DNA of 62,000 bases, taken from contig MU053934.1 of the NCBI GenBank assembly GCA_013239625.1, forward strand, positions 7,397,352-7,459,351, given 5' to 3'. Shown here piece by piece: positions 60,682-62,000 of the stretch (its first letter is position 1; every line of letters starts with the position of its first letter). The notes under the pieces are model-generated. The model did no database searches. It saw only the letters and a list, made by a program, of their open reading frames with translations, and was not told the origin of the DNA. Made by a program: the position numbers and the translations under genes. Source of the DNA: Lama guanicoe. Lineage: Eukaryota.

Positions 60682-62000
60682 TTTGGCTTCCTGCTCTGTG
60701 AGGAGCAGGAGGAACAATCAGTTTGTCAGACCCATGAGGATGAAATCTGGTGAAGCCGGGACAGCCTCCTGGAACCACCAGACATCTCACTGTCTCTGAA
60801 GACAACCCATCCCCAAAGGGACAAGCTGGCTGTGACATTAGACAATGTTGGTGAGAAGCTTTTCCAGGGTAACAGAGGAAATGGCATGGCTGCGACCTTC
60901 AGAATCCTGGATAAAGTGTAAAGATGGGACATGGACTGGAGCCAAGTCCCAAGACCTTTTGAGCATCTCTGGATGGATGTCCTGGGTTATAAATATGTAC
61001 TAGTAATAGCAGGTTTACTTTCTGGGTGAGCTGAAGCAGTCTCTTGTTGAAAAAAATAACAGCATTCACAGCAGTGAAATGTTACTACATTTTGTGTTTC
61101 TTATTTGGGATATTCCAGCTTACTTATTTAGTAACATGCAGAAACATTTTACTGGGAGAGTTATTCATAAAATTATTCAGAAATGTCACCATCTTCATTA
61201 CTTCTAATTTTTTTGAAAAATAAAAATGGATTTTTCAGAACTTACTATAAAGTCACCATTTAGAGATCTTAAACTGAGGTTCCTCAGAGAACCTCTAAAA
61301 GCAGAGAGATCACAGAAACTGACGGTTATCCAAGATTCTCCGAGCAGGCAGACGACTACACAGAGTCGAGAGCCTGTATCTAAGATGATTGGAATAAATT
61401 CTCCTGGACGTTTGCGACCACTGATCTCCATAGGCTCCTTTGCATACCTTCGTTCTTTATTCTTTTGGCCACGTTTCCCTGTCACATACACTTAATTCTG
61501 ATTTATCCAAACGAGTAGTAACTCACCTAGATGGAGGCCTTACTAGTGATAACCTCAGCTAACTGTTCCGTGGGGCTGTAAGACTGTTCCGAGTGAATGA
61601 CTCCCCAGTACCCCCAGTGAGCAAATGCCTCCTTGCAAAGCATCTGGAGATAGAACACATTCCGAGGGACAAATGGTGAAGCAGATGGCAGAAGCTACCA
61701 GCTCCATCCACAGGAACCGGACTGCCCCGGTGGTCATCACTTCGGGCGATACACAGATAACGCCGCCGAGGGCACGGCTTAGGGGCCTGATGAAGCAGTC
61801 TGACTTCCTAATGCAAGGAGCCGTGGAAAACATGGATACGGCCTCGGATTTTCTTTTGGTCAGTCATGGGAGTCAGTGCCACTGCCGGCATGTCACTGTG
61901 AACCTGGATTCACGGCGGAGGTGAGTGGGGACGATCTACACCGAGGCTCCACGAGAAAGCAGCCTGAACGCCGAAGGCAGGCTTGAGGATTCGATAGGAC

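Overview
Mammalian genomic DNA, probably from a camelid (three copies of a short tRNA-derived SINE of the camelid type). It covers the conserved TSPO - TTLL12 - SCUBE1 block. TSPO (+): coding exons 2-4 at 5720-8533 give a complete 170-aa ORF; non-coding exon 1 was not found and probably lies upstream of the window. TTLL12 (-): complete, 14 coding exons at 29690-12838, 656 aa, with a CpG-island promoter at about 29-30.1 kb. SCUBE1 (-): the last 12 coding exons at 57543-41798 (spacer, Cys-rich repeats, CUB domain), plus a long 3'UTR with three candidate poly(A) signals. All exons were placed by reading splice sites and checking phase; all introns are GT-AG except one GC-AG intron in SCUBE1. The gap between TTLL12 and SCUBE1 is a stack of nested fossil elements: a hAT-Blackjack transposase relic split by a MER41-like solo LTR, MaLR LTRs, L2, MER21, L1, a well-preserved ERV1-type solo LTR and a SINE. 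I found no convincing new gene or new system. The best leads are regulatory or lineage-specific: a near-perfect p53 element with AP-1 sites in TSPO intron 1, a divergent TSPO N-terminus and variant poly(A) signal, two LTRs positioned to affect neighbouring genes, and two unassigned non-genic segments. Repeat family names and human comparisons are from memory, not from database searches.
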